From positions 66,402,001-66,466,000 of the forward strand of contig NC_043007.1 in assembly GCF_006345805.1 (NCBI RefSeq): a stretch of 64,000 nucleotides of DNA. The letters are read 5' to 3'. Shown in pieces: positions 50,528 to 63,880 of this stretch. Under the pieces are notes generated by a model. It had not been told where the DNA came from and did not search any database. It saw nothing but the letters and a program-made list of their open reading frames with translations. Origin of the DNA: Octopus sinensis (taxonomy: Eukaryota). Each line of letters starts with the position of its first letter. Position 1 is the stretch's first letter. A program made the translations under genes and the position numbers.

Positions 50528-52469
50528 TTTGTGTATGTATACATATTTATGTATGCATTGATGTATGTATGTATGTGTGTATGTTTGTATGTATGCATGC
50601 ATGTATTCGTGTGGGGGGATGCGTGGGAGAGTGGGTGTGCGTGGGTGGATGTGTATGGGGGGATGCGTGGGGGATGCGTGTGGAGGGGTGCGTGTGGGGG
50701 TGATGCGTTTAGGGGTATGTGTGTGGAGGTGGGCACCGATGCAAAGAACTAACACGTTTTTTATCTTTATCTTTTATTGTTTCCGTTCCATCCATTAAAA
50801 CGTATGTATTTTTCTCGACAAGATATCCAAACCATGACCTCGCATTCAACCTGAAGGCCGAGGCTATGAACTTCCACGACCCCGATTGGTTTTTGTCTAA
50901 GAAAAACTACTTTTCTAATTGAGTTAGTATTTTTCGCTCTGTTTTTCTTTGGCTTTTCCGACGGTGTGTGTCATTGACAAACTTAATGTTTATGATTTAT
51001 CTGTGCGTGTGTGTTTTGGTGGGTGTTTCATTCTTATAATTTTCTTTCGTTTCCCTATTTATATATTTTTACAACATTGGACAAAAATATGTATTTCAAA
51101 ACAACTGTAATGATGCATGAATGCTCTATATTTCCAGTACCATTGAAAACTATTATGGTGATTGTTGTGGTGATGGTCGTAGTGATGGTGTTGTAGTTGG
51201 TGAAGACGGGGGTAAGAAGAAGCGGAGTTTGGTGTTGGAGATGAGGGGTGAGGTGGTGTGGGTTGCAATTTTAATGGCTGAAAATGAATGCATTCGTATT
51301 TTCAAGCAAGGCTTACTTACTTAACGCTGGTATTTCTGTGAGAAACGTAAAAATTAGGCCGTCACGTGCCTAAAACTGTGAATACACGTGCGTGTGTGTA
51401 TACATATGTCCATGCTTCAATGTTTATCTGTACGTAAAAAGCTATATTCGTACGCATGTATGTAGATATGAATGTATGTGAGAATCCACTATATGTATGT
51501 GTGTTTGTGCGCGTGTGAGCTAGTGTGTGTGTGTGTATGTCTGTCTGTGTGTCATTTGCGTATTACATTTATGTTCTCGTATAATTCAGGCGGTAATGCA
51601 GTTAATGTATGTATTCAAATACGCGGTTTCATGTCTTTTTCTTTCACATGTGCTTGTGTCAATATAATATATCTGTATGTGTATGTATGTGTCTGTGTGT
51701 GCGTATAAATGTTTATGTGCGTGTATGTGAAAGTTTGTGTGTGGTGGTGTGTGTGTGTGTGTAGGATTGCGATCGCCGAAGACAACTCAGCAAACTCTTT
51801 AGAAACGTGTCTGCGATCAGATTTTTATTCTTAGATGTAGCCGTTTCCACTGCCCATGACCTTGGGAAATAAATAAACTTATAATTAACGGATGTTTATT
51901 ATTTTGTATTGACTTACGCAGAGGTCAGCGCAGTGTCACAAGCCGCTGCCCGGCGAATACCGCATTTAGTTTCGATAATCTCCATTCTGAGTTCGATTTC
52001 CTTACAGGTAAACATTTTTCATTTCTGTCCTCGAAAAAATACAATAGTACCAAGACATCAGCAAACTAACGATCATCAGTTGATCATTTAGAATTTTTTA
52101 TAGTACTCGTTCCAAATCTTGGTCTCATGCTCAATCGTTACGGACAAAAATAGGCCAAAGGAGCGACTGATAGAATTATATATGCTCGTTCAGCAACAAA
52201 AATACCCGAAAAACTTTGCAAACCAAGAAAAAACAGATCCTGTTTCCATTTGCAGTCAAACATTTTAAATCAGGTTAAACAAAGTGCTCCACTTCAACAA
52301 ATCTCAGAAAAATAATTAAAGTATCACAAATTATCAAAAGCCTATGTTAATCACCCTATCTGAAAAGACTCTTAACAGAAGCGGAATTCACATCAGAAGA
52401 GATAATGCATGTAACAAACACCGGAATCCTATGTTATGAAGTGTGTGAAATTATTGACTAGGTACACGC

Positions 52470-52613
52470 ATGTCGATGTGTCAGAAGTTTACTTCCCAAT
52501 TATATGTTTCAGGTTCAGTTCCACTGCATGGCACAGTACCTTCTACTATAGCCCAGGTTGACCAAACCTTTATGAGTGGATTTGATACGCAGAAACTGAG
52601 AGGCGCCTGGTAG

Positions 52614-52644
<31 letters not shown>

Positions 52645-53460
52645 TATATTAAATTAGAGATAAAACCACTATTAGGCAAATTTTATAAGAAAAATTATTT
52701 TTTTATTTATTTCTTAAAAACTTTGTTTAAATATTTCTGATTATTTATTTAAATATTACAATTAACCTGAAGATTGACTATAACCATAATTCGAATTATT
52801 AATTGAATTTAAATTATTGTTATTCGAATTGGTTAATGGGCATAAAATGATCGTAATGGTTTTACTCTTTATCTTATATTAAACTTTTAATACTTTTTGA
52901 TAGTTATATTAAAAATATTAAATAATAATAAAATATATATATATATATATTTAAAAATTTATAAGTATAAATTATTAATTTAAATAATTTTTTAAATTTT
53001 AACTTTAAGTTAAATATTTTAAATTTTGAATTTTATATTTTATATATTTTTTATTAATTAATTTTATTTCTATGTATTGGTTTATGATTTTCACTGTCTG
53101 ATTTGCTTAATAGTGGTTTTATCTCTAATTTAATATAATATATATATATATATTATACTATAAAATTAGATTTAATTCTAAATCTAATTTTTCCCTGTAA
53201 GTTTGGATTTACTCCCTAATATTATTATTATTAATTTATATATATGTGTGTGTGTGTGGCTGTGTGTGTGTGTGTGCGTATGTGTGTGCGTGCGCGTATA
53301 TGAGTGGCTTTCTTTATCTCTGTGCCCTATTGCTTGACAACCGGTGTTGGTCTGTTTACATCCACACAACTTAGTGATTCGGCAAATGAGCCCGATAGAG
53401 TAACTACGGGATTCAAAAATACGTATTTGAGGGCTCTGGTTTATTTGAATAAACCAAGTG
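52470..53460 (+). mobile_element. SINE family A split by a fold-back insertion
   Basis: 5' half at 52470-52615, 3' half at 53290-53460. Confidence 0.7.
52642..53140. mobile_element. AT-rich fold-back element, 40-bp arms with 1 mismatch
   Basis: tattatattaaattagagataaaaccactattaggcaaat pairs with 53101-53140. Flanked by (TA)n. Confidence 0.8.
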
Positions 53461-53875
53461 AACGATAAGGGATAAAATACAGGGAACAACCGAAAATTAA
53501 TGAATTGGAAGGAACTGAATATTAATGCAAATATGAATTCAAAAACGAAAGATCACATTTAACTGCATCACATGCTCACAATGCAATGAAAATTATATCG
53601 GCGAAACGGAATCAAAATTCTAATCGCATTAGAGTTCATAAACAACAACACAAAAATGTATCTCTTAGAATATTCCATATAGTGAACATCTAGACATTTG
53701 TGCATATAGCATAGTTGAATCATTTTCTTTTTTCAAACTAAAAGATGAAAATTAACAACGACGAAAAATACTTTATATGAATTCTAAATACAAAAGAGCT
53801 ACACTGAATACGAGCAGTTCCTTTCCAAATGCCCATTTTATTTGTTTTTATATAAATAATAGTTTTTAATTTAGA

Positions 53876-54423
53876 CTAGCAGCATAGCCCGGCGTTGCCC
53901 GGGTATGTAAGAGCCCCTAGTAGGCAATGACTAATCCCAATCTAGTCCTTTCCCTCTTGAGAATGAAGGTGCATGTGTAGGTTGCAATGTCTTCTGTGTA
54001 TACGATGTTCCTAGATGTCCTTTTGGGCGAAAACGCGATTTCCCAAAATGGCATGATTTTATCGATTTTTTTCTGATGGTAAGGTATTGCATGGAAAACT
54101 AACGTCAGAATTAAGTTTCTTAGGGTAACATTAAGCTTCACCATGAGTTTGGCGAAAATCGATTGCAAGTTGCGAAAACTACAACAGAAAATGTGTTGCA
54201 TATAAAAAGCTGAGATTCTCGACCCCATGTCGAATTTATCGATTTCTTTCAGAACTGGGGGAACTTTTCAAAATTTTCGCTGCGTTAGTTTTGAATTATG
54301 ACATTGGGCTATGTGTGTGTCAATTTCATCAGAATCGGTTGAAAGCCGCGGTCAGGGTGAGGGTACAACCTGACAGACACACAGACACACAGACAGACAA
54401 ACTGCCGTTTATATAGAGAGAGA
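53876..54423 (-). mobile_element. Non-autonomous Helitron, complete (548 bp)
   Basis: On the minus strand: 5' A|TCTCTCTCTATATAAAC with a (CTGT)-type microsatellite, 3' hairpin CCCGGGCAACGCCGGG then CTAG|T. A/T target, no TSD. Confidence 0.88.
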
Positions 54424-54479
54424 TTCAGAAAATCTTTCTTCAAACATTGGTCTATACCAAGAATTCTTTACGAAAATCA

Positions 54480-54654
54480 TTTTTGTCCGTCTTTACGTTC
54501 TGAATTCCAATATCACCGAGTTCGACCCTGCCTTTCATCCCTTCGGCGTCCATACACTGGCTTTCAGTTGAGCACTGAGGTTGATGTAATCGACGTACCC
54601 CCTACACCGAACTTTCTAGACTTGAACCAAAATTTGAAATCGTTATTATTATTA

Positions 54655-54701
<47 letters not shown>

Positions 54702-54760
54702 TGTTGTTGTTATTATTATTATCATTATTATTATTATTATTATTATCATTATTATTGTTA

Positions 54761-54801
<41 letters not shown>

Positions 54802-54802
54802 T

Positions 54803-54838
<36 letters not shown>

Positions 54839-54975
54839 TCATAAAGGCGAGTAGCAGAATCGTTGGCATTCCGTGCAAAGTGCTTAGCTTCATTTCATCC
54901 GTCTTTACTTTCTAAACTTAAATTGCGCGAAGGTCGACTTTGCCTTTCATCATTTCAGGGTCGATTCTTTATAGA
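54480..54975 (+). mobile_element. Two SINE family B copies separated by (ATT)n/(AGT)n tail
   Basis: Cores near 54520 and 54930; head aaggcgagtagcagaatcgttggc at 54843. Confidence 0.75.
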
Positions 54976-55189
54976 ATCTCTTCTGATCTACTCTGCATTA
55001 CCTAGTCTGGTGGTAACCTTTCATTCTTTGGTCGTATCTTACCATCTTTGCTTTCTTTGCAACGAAGCACTGTTTCAGTTCCTCCACTACTACTTTCAGG
55101 CCCTTCCTTTCAATATTATACTTCCTTTCAGCGCCCTGTATCTTTGTTCGCTTTTAAGTTCCTCCTTCTCTTTTCGCCTCTCCTTTTAC

Positions 55190-55590
55190 TTGCTCTTTTA
55201 CTTGTTTCAGTCATTTAACTGTGGCCATGCTGGAGCACCGCGTGTAGTCGAGGAAATCGACCCAAGGACTTATTCTTTGTAAGCCTAGTAATTATTCTAT
55301 CGGGCTCTTTTGCCGAACCGCTAAGTTACGGGGACGTAAACACACCAACATCGGTTGTCAGGTGATGTTGGCGGGGACAAACACAGACACACAAACAAAC
55401 ACATATATATGTATACATATACATATGTATACGACGGGCTTCTTTCAGTTTCCGTCTACCAAATCCACTCACAAGGGTTTAGTCGGCCCGAGGCTATAGT
55501 AGAAGACACTAGCCCAAGGTGCCACGCAGTGGGACTGAACCCGGAACCATGTGGTTGGTGAGCAAGCTACTTACCACACAGCCACTCCTG
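55190..55590 (-). mobile_element. SINE family A, full length and young
   Basis: Nearly identical to 12561-12974. Confidence 0.92.
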
Positions 55591-55634
55591 CACCTTTCCT
55601 TCGAGAGCATGTTTAACAGCAGCAGCAGTATAAT

Positions 55635-56010
55635 GGAGAGCTGCAGAATCGTTAGCACGCCGGGCAAAATGCTCATCGTCATTTCGTCCGTCTTTACTTT
55701 CTAAACTCAAATTCTGCCGAGGTCGACATAGCCTCTCATCCTTTCGGGGCCGGTAAATTAAGTAACAGTCAAGCACTGATGTCGATGTGATCTACTTCCC
55801 CCTTCCACAAAAATGTCAGGCCTTGTGGCTTTAGTAGAAAATCATTACATTCATATCCATGTTCTAAGTTCAAACTCCGCTAAGGTCGACTTTGCCTTTC
55901 ATATTTTCAGGGTCGATAAAATAAGTACCACTTGAGCACTGGCGTCAATGTAATCGTCTTGCTCCTACCCCCATAAAAAATCAGGTCTTGAGCCTATGGT
56001 AGAAAGGATC
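55635..56010 (+). mobile_element. Two tandem SINE family B copies
   Basis: 55635-55845 is full length; 55862-56010 is 5'-truncated. Confidence 0.85.
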
Positions 56011-56271
56011 ATCATCTTCATCGTCATCCTCATCAACAGCATCATTACCACTATCATCATTGTTGTCCTCGTCAGCTTCTTTCAATCCCGTTCACATCAC
56101 TGTATTCAATGAAGATCGCTCACCTATTGTGGTGTTTAGAATGCAAACGAAACAGATGTAAAACAATTCCAATCTCATTATTGGAAAGAAATTCTAAGCC
56201 AATGAAAGTCTTCATATCAGAACGCAGATTCCAAACATAACAGACATTTCCTAATCGCATGGGTGTGTGTA

Positions 56272-56331
<60 letters not shown>

Positions 56332-56934
56332 TGTGTGTCTGTGTGTCTGTGTGTCTGTGTGTGTGTGTGGTGTGTGCGTGTGTGTGTGTCCTAATAACAA
56401 CTTCCCTCTCATTATTCAAGTGGAAATCCAACCACTACCGTCAAGCAATCGAATAGATTTTAGAAATCCCAGAACCTCGCTAATGGTTTAAGAAAATACC
56501 AGCTTCTCAGTTTCTTAGTATCGCAATGGAAACTCGTAATTCACCAGATTTGCGTTTGAATGAGTGTTCTAACTCCACATTGTTCTGGCATCCAAATGGA
56601 AAATGTCAACGTCTGTTTTGTTACCGTGCAAATGAATAAAACTGCCAATCTTCACATAACCGTTCAACCATTCCCATGGGAACCAGCCAATTTTTCAGAG
56701 ATTCTTCTGTAGCAATTACCCAATACATATTATTTAATCTCTCTCATCTCTCATCTGTTTCAAATTCTCTCTTAACCTTAATATCATATGAACCTTTTTA
56801 TTTTGTTCTACTGTCCATTTTGTCTAATCCCTAATCCCGCTGTCCTCTCGTATTTTATCCGACATGACTTTAAGTAGTGGATGAGTAGCGAGTGGTCTAC
56901 GTTGAGGTAGTGGTGTTGGCGGTAGCGGGGTGTG

Positions 56935-57095
56935 ACGTCTGAAGTAGTGATTGTATTGGATGTAGTTGTGATGATGGGTGATGGTAGTGGTGATAGTAGC
57001 AGTATTATTATTATTATTATCATTATTATCATTATTATTATTATTATTATTATCATTATTAACATTATTATTATTATTATTATTATTATAGTAGT

Positions 57096-57162
<67 letters not shown>

Positions 57163-57750
57163 TGTAATGGGAGGAGGATGGTGATTGGTATAGTGGTAGT
57201 GGTGATGCTATTTACCGGCTATATAACAATTTCGAAGTGCATATCAATTTATACGGATATGCAAACGTATTCTATATGTATGTATGTTTACGCTCCTGAT
57301 ATTATATGATATATATACATACATACATACATACATAATACATACATACATACATACATATATACATGCATACATATATATGTATATTCATATCTATAAT
57401 ATATTATAAATATAACTATATATATATGTATGTGTATATATATATATATATATAATATATATATATAAAGATACAAACATGTGTATATAAATATATTCAT
57501 ATGTATATATAAATACAAATATACACATATGTATATGTGTATTTATATATATATATATGACTATATGTATATGTATATATATATGTGTGTTTGTGTGTGT
57601 GCGTCTGCGTGTGTATGTGTGTATGTGTGGTGTGTGTGTGCATGTGTGTGTGTGCGTGTATGTGTGTATAAGGTATAAGGTGTGTGTGCCCGTGTGCGTA
57701 GTATGCGTGTGTGCGTGTGTGTGCGTGTGCCTGTGTGTCTGTGTATCAGG
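56935..57750. repeat. Compound (ATT)n/(AGT)n/(TACA)n/(TG)n microsatellite block
   Basis: Direct inspection. Confidence 0.9.
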
Positions 57751-58013
57751 TAGGGTCCTTATACAATACAAGAGTACTACATATGCGGATATGCTACTCT
57801 CCTTCCATGTTAATCCCAGCCAAATTTTCTTCCAGATGAATGTTCAAACATCACCTTCCACCGATATAATCACGACATATCTTACATGGAGATAGAGAGA
57901 TTAATAGAAAAGTATGTTTGAAAGGCATATATGCATTTTTGCCATGTTTTGCAAGATTTATAATATGTGTGTGGAGGATACGGTGAGTGAGTGTGCTTGA
58001 ATACGCGTGCGTG

Positions 58014-58070
<57 letters not shown>

Positions 58071-58074
58071 CTTT

Positions 58075-58490
58075 TATTCTTTTACTTCTTTCAGTCATTT
58101 GACTGCGACCATGCTGGAGCACTGCCTTTAGTCGAATCAAATCGACCCCAGGACTTATTCTTTGTAAGTCTAGTACTTATCCTATCGGTCTGTTGTGCCG
58201 AACCGCTAAGTTTCGGTGACCTTAACACCCCAGCATCGGTTGTCAAGCGATGTTGGGGGGACAAACACAGATACACACACACACACACACGCACACGCAA
58301 ACACACACACACACACACACATAGATATATATATACGACGGGCTTCTTTCAGTTTCTATCTACCAAATCCACTCACAAGGCTTTGGTCAGCCCGAGGCTA
58401 TAGTAGACACTTGCCCAAGGTGCCACGCAGCGGAACTGAACCCGGAATCATGTGGTTGGTAAGCAAAGTACTTACCACACAGCCATTCCT

Positions 58491-58495
<5 letters not shown>
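58075..58495 (-). mobile_element. SINE family A, full length
   Basis: All modules present. Confidence 0.9.
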
Positions 58496-58532
<37 letters not shown>

Positions 58533-59689
58533 GTGTGTGTGTGTGTATAAATATGCACACACACACAGACACACATATATTATGAGAGAAAAAGAGGGAG
58601 AGATAGAAAAAGAAAATAGAGAATGTATGTGTTTGTACGGAAAGGTACATGCATATGATCGTATGCACATCCATCAGGGCGTACCCAATGAGGGAAACTC
58701 TATGAGGTCGACCCTCCTGCAAGAAATAAGTGTCCAATCACCATTATATGCTCATCAACAACGTTGTTGAAGAATATTATAACTAAAAATGAGATGGTCA
58801 TAACTGGAATGCTTTTGATGAAGACTTTGCTGCATCAGGACCAACATGAGGCGACATCAGGACCAACAATGCAAGTGTGGTGCGCGCGTGTGTCTACGTG
58901 TGTGTGTGTGTGTCTGTGTGTGTACGCGTGTGTGTGTGAATACTCATGTATTTATATGCGGTTGTATTTATATTCATGTTTATGTGAGCGGCTAGCATTA
59001 TTGTTTATATATCCTGGCACTCTATTTTTAGAGAGCGATGTGTAAGGTGAAGTAACGGAATGTTCCCCGTGTGTTTCAGTATATGATAATCTATATGTGC
59101 TCGCGTGTATTTGAAGTATGTATGTCTCTACGTAGTGCTTCTCTCTTTAGTGTACATGTGAATGCTTCTGTGTGCACGTATGTGTGTTTGCGTTCACGTG
59201 TGCATCTGTCATGTCTCTATCCTGGTTGATGGCATCATAACATCGTATATTTTCTGGTTAATGTGATCATAATTCTTCCAATTTGGGTGATAGCACAGAG
59301 CAATGAAAACCATGCAGTTAATATCATTACACCATCGGCTCAACAGCGGAGATAGAATCTAACCGAGAGATGAAATGACATCAAATAAGAAAAGATTACC
59401 CTCTGTGTCTGGAATAATTCCAGGGGTTACGATTACTGTATGTAACATAGAGAATGAGAGAAAGAAAGAGAGGGGACAGGATGAGAGAGGGAGAGAAGGA
59501 ATAAGTGATAGAGTCGGTGATTGGGAGTGCGTGTTCCTGCTTTTAGACTTAAGCTGAGAAGATCTTCTGAGAGGAGATTGTCAAAGCCGTTCTCTGTCTG
59601 TGAGCCATTAACCATTATCGTCAAACACAGCAGGCTATAAAAAAAATCATAGGCATCCATTATATTGTAACATAGTTGCGTGCAGCTAA

Positions 59690-60160
<471 letters not shown>

Positions 60161-60422
60161 GTGCCTGTAGTACCGGCCAAAAGCGATGAAATTTATTTGT
60201 TTTACCTTTCTGCTTCCATATTCTCTGTCTTTCATTATCGACTCATCTTATTCTTGTTTTTACTCCGATTTATGATATACCAATTACAATATAGAAGATG
60301 AATAAGGGAAAATATATGATAAACATGAAGTTTTATATCATGTGTTGTTTACGCACGTTTCCTCGTTGTGGCTGTTTGAACACCCAGTGCTGGAATTGCA
60401 ACTAGGCATAACAGGGAGCTAT

Positions 60423-60490
<68 letters not shown>

Positions 60491-60605
60491 GTATTGGTAT
60501 CCAAAAGACCAAGGTGGGTCCTCTATACTTCTTATTTCCTTCCTTTTCCAAAATAACTCCTTATATTGAACGCTAATATTTCCTTCTATTTAACCATCTC
60601 ACGTC

Positions 60606-60653
60606 GTCTCTGATGAGGGGATATCCCTAATATCCCAGAAACAGCTGTAAGAC
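60606..60653 (+). ncRNA. Canonical-core minimal type-I hammerhead ribozyme motif
   Basis: gtct-CTGATGA-g-GGGATAT-cccta-ATATCCC-a-GAAA-C-agct-GTA-agac. Helix I is 4 bp, helix II is 7 bp, helix III is the palindrome ACAGCTGT, and predicted cleavage is after A60649. Confidence 0.75.
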
Positions 60654-61023
60654 TAACTTTCTTTTTGTAAAGGTCCTGAAAATTCCACACAACCTTCGCT
60701 TTGCTGTCTCATTTTATTCAACACACACACATAAAGATAGACGAAATACCGGTAAGTATTTCGCCCGGTGTGCTAAGGAAGACATAAAATATTAGTCTTG
60801 AAAATTAGGCATTTACTTTTGTCACGCACGTCACAGCTGGTAAATGAGAACTGTCTTCATAGACATTGTTGTCCAGCAAACTTATTATAGTTTCTGTTTT
60901 TTGTTTTTTTTTTTAAATTTAAAGGCCAATGGAAATAAACGCTATAAGGCTTTTTATGTTGCTCGGGAGAGATTCAAAGGAATTAGCAGTCAATATTTTT
61001 CAGGTGAAAAGCTTTGCAGCATT

Positions 61024-61315
61024 TCTCCAAGCTTTACATTTAAGGTGGCGAGATGTTAGAACCGTTAGTACGCCGGACGAAATGCTTAGACGCATTTCAT
61101 TCCTTCTTCCGTTCTGAGCATTAGCGGTCTTACGTCTGTCTTAACATCCTGAATTCAAATTCAGGCTCTGAATTCAAATTCCGCCGTGGTCGACTATGCC
61201 TTTCATCTTTTTGGGGTCGATTAAATAAGTACCAGTTGAACACTGGGATAGACGTAATCGATTTATTTGCAACCTCGAAATTACTGGCATCGTGTCAAAA
61301 TTTGAAATCAGTATT
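61024..61315 (+). mobile_element. SINE family B pieces (head plus core and tail)
   Basis: aaggtggcgagatgttagaaccgttagtacg head; gaattcaaattccgccgtggtcgactatgcc core. Confidence 0.75.
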
Positions 61316-61553
61316 TTTAAGATGAAAAAAGTTGTTTTATGCGATGTAGCGTACGCCACACTTTTCGGATCCTTGTCAAAAAATTGAGCATCCTCACCAA
61401 AACATACTAGGTATTTTTTTTAATTCTTACCGGAATAGTGAAACTTTTCTGTAAACGTTCAAAATTTACAGCTTCAATATTTCTTTATTAGAGTTTCTGA
61501 CTGTTACGTATGTGACGCGACAATGGCCGGTGTCTGCCCAACCTGTACTTTTT

Positions 61554-61859
61554 TGGAAGCACTCCGTCGGTTACGACGACGAGGGTCCCAGCTGATACGA
61601 TCAACGGAACAGCCTGCTTGTGAAATTAACGTGCAGGTGGCTGAGCACTCCACAGACACGTGTACCCTTAACGTAGTTCTCGGGGATATTCAGCGTGACA
61701 CAGAGAGTGACAGGGCGGGCCCTTTGAAATACAGGTACAACAGAAACAGGAAGTAAGAGTGAGAGAAAGTTGTGGTGAAAGAGTACAGCAGGGATCACCA
61801 CCATCCCTGCCGGAGCCTCGTGGAGCTTTAGGTGTTTTCGCTCAATAAACACTCACAAC
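61554..61859 (-). mobile_element. SINE family C body with tail type 3 (head missing)
   Basis: C body (agctccacgaggctccggcagg..gatccctgctgtactc) joined to ctgttgtacctgtatttcaaaggg...cgtcgtaaccgacggagtgc. Confidence 0.85.
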
Positions 61860-61904
61860 CAGTACTAACCTGATGCTAAACAACAACGACAACTACCTCA
61901 ACGA

Positions 61905-62280
61905 TCACAGGCGAGGCTGTGTGATAAGCAGTTTCTTTCTCAATTACATGGTTTTGGGTTCAGTCCCACCGAGTGGCATCTTGGGCAAGTGTTTATTACT
62001 ATAAACCAAAGACTTGTTAGTGGATTTAGTAGATGGAAATTGAAAGACGCCCACCATATATATATATATACATACACACATTCTTTTACTCTTTAATTGT
62101 TTCAATGATTTGACTACGGCCATACTGGAGTACCGCCTTCAGTCGAAGAAATCAACCCCAGGATTTATTCTTTGTAAGCATAGTACTTATTCTATCGGTC
62201 TCCGGTTCCGAATCGCCAAGTTATGGGAACGTAAACATCGGTTGTCAAGCGATGGAGGGAGGACAAACACAGAGGCACAA

Positions 62281-62285
<5 letters not shown>
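61905..62285. mobile_element. SINE family A: 5' half (+) and a 3' half (-)
   Basis: 61905-62060 is a plus-strand head and body; 62085-62285 is a minus-strand 3' module. Confidence 0.75.
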
Positions 62286-62347
<62 letters not shown>

Positions 62348-62350
<3 letters not shown>

Positions 62351-63690
62351 GGCGTCCGTAAAGTCTTTTTACAATTTAAAATTTTTATTACAAAGACAAT
62401 TCATAAGATATCTTAATCAGACTTGTTCCATTGTACTCAGTGGTTACAATCTTTTTTTTACTTCATTTAATGCACCTCTATATGGGCACTATTAGTCGCT
62501 CGAAGCACATCAGGACGGTACTCGATTTCTTACCATGGTCAATGTAGCATAGCCTCATCAATGGTTGCAATCGCATCTGTTAGCTTTTGCTAGTTCAGTA
62601 ATGTCCCGTATCTTTGTTCGATACTTTATATCTTTAACATAGCCACATAGAAAGAAATCTAGAGGTTTGATATCTGGTGAATGTGGTGGCCACGAAATTC
62701 GTCCATCCCTTCCAATCCAACGGTCTGGAAATGTTTGATTGGAGAACTCACGAACATGCAGTGCCCAATGTGGTGGGGCACCATCTTGCTGGAAAATGAT
62801 GGTCGGTTGAAGGTCCTGGAAATGTGATGTCACATATTCAGTCAAAAGTTTAAGATAGACATCTGCAGTAATTGATCTCTCGTTGAAGAAACATGGACCA
62901 ATAATTCGATTGCACATATTCCCACACCCGACATTCATTTTGGGACTATATCGCTGAACTACTCTAGTCACACGGGGGGGGGGGGCGTGTTCTGAGCCAA
63001 AGATTCTCTCATTGTATTTGTTCAGTTTCCCCGAAGCACGAAAGCTTGCCACACCACTAAAACAAACTCGCCTAAGGAATGTTTCATCTTCAGAAATTAG
63101 TTGCAGCATGTGAACTGCAAAACTTTTTTCCTCTTGATTTATCATTTGGCTCGATTGCCAGTAGGAGTTGCACTTTGTAAAGCGTACAATCACAGGTTCT
63201 TTTGTAGGGCCTTGTGTACTGTTGAACGTGGTAGCTCTAACTGTCTGGCAGCAGCACGGATGAACTTTGTGGGAGAACGAGAAAAGTTTCTCTTACACGA
63301 TCAATGTTTTCCTCAGATGTTCTTGATCGCTCACTCTTCTTTCTATTTAACACTGTCCTTGTCTCCATAAATTTATTGTGCCATGCACGAATTAACGTGA
63401 TAGTGGATCTCTTCCATACTTTGTTCTGTAGTTTCGTTGAGTCTGTGTATCCAATTTTGTCTCAATAAACCATGATACATATTGTGCCATCTCTTGAGGA
63501 GTAGCCATTTCTTAGGAGTTCATAAAAAAAATGCCTCTTTAATCTGCAGGATGCCTGAAACACAAAACTGCAATGTGATTAAAAACTTTGAAAACCACTG
63601 AGTACAATAGAACAAGTCTGATTAAGATATCTTATCAATTGCGTTTGTAATAAATTTCTTAAATTGTAAAATGACTTTATAGATACCCTG
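62348..63690 (-). mobile_element. Full-length Tc1/mariner DD41D (rosa/Visitor-type) transposon with 98-bp TIRs
   Basis: TIRs at 62348-62445 and 63593-63690 (12 mismatches in 98), starting CAGGG, with TA on both sides. 1343 bp. Confidence 0.93.
62467..63508 (-). pseudogene. DD41D transposase pseudogene
   Basis: MATPQEMAQYVSWFIETK...; FSGVASF (first catalytic D lost), FQQDGAPPH and WPPHSPDIKPLDFFL with 41 residues between the last two Asp. Stops and frameshifts present. Confidence 0.9.
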
Positions 63691-63696
63691 TATATC

Positions 63697-63880
63697 TTTG
63701 TGTTTGTTCCACAACCACCACCGCTTGATAACCAGACTTGGTTTGTCCATGTCCTCATACTTTAGAAGTTTGTCAAAAGGTGGCGAATAGAATATTTACC
63801 AGGCTTCAAAACATATAAGCACTATGGCTGATTCGCTGTAGTCAAACAAGTGCAATAAAAGACAAGATAAAAACGATAAT
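63697..63880 (+). mobile_element. SINE family A, 3' half (diverged)
   Basis: caccgcttgataacc...aatagaatatttaccaggcttc. Probable partner of the 61905-62060 head. Confidence 0.55.

Noticed and set aside
58216-58770. 184-aa plus-strand ORF
   Set aside because: It reads antisense through a SINE A copy and microsatellites.
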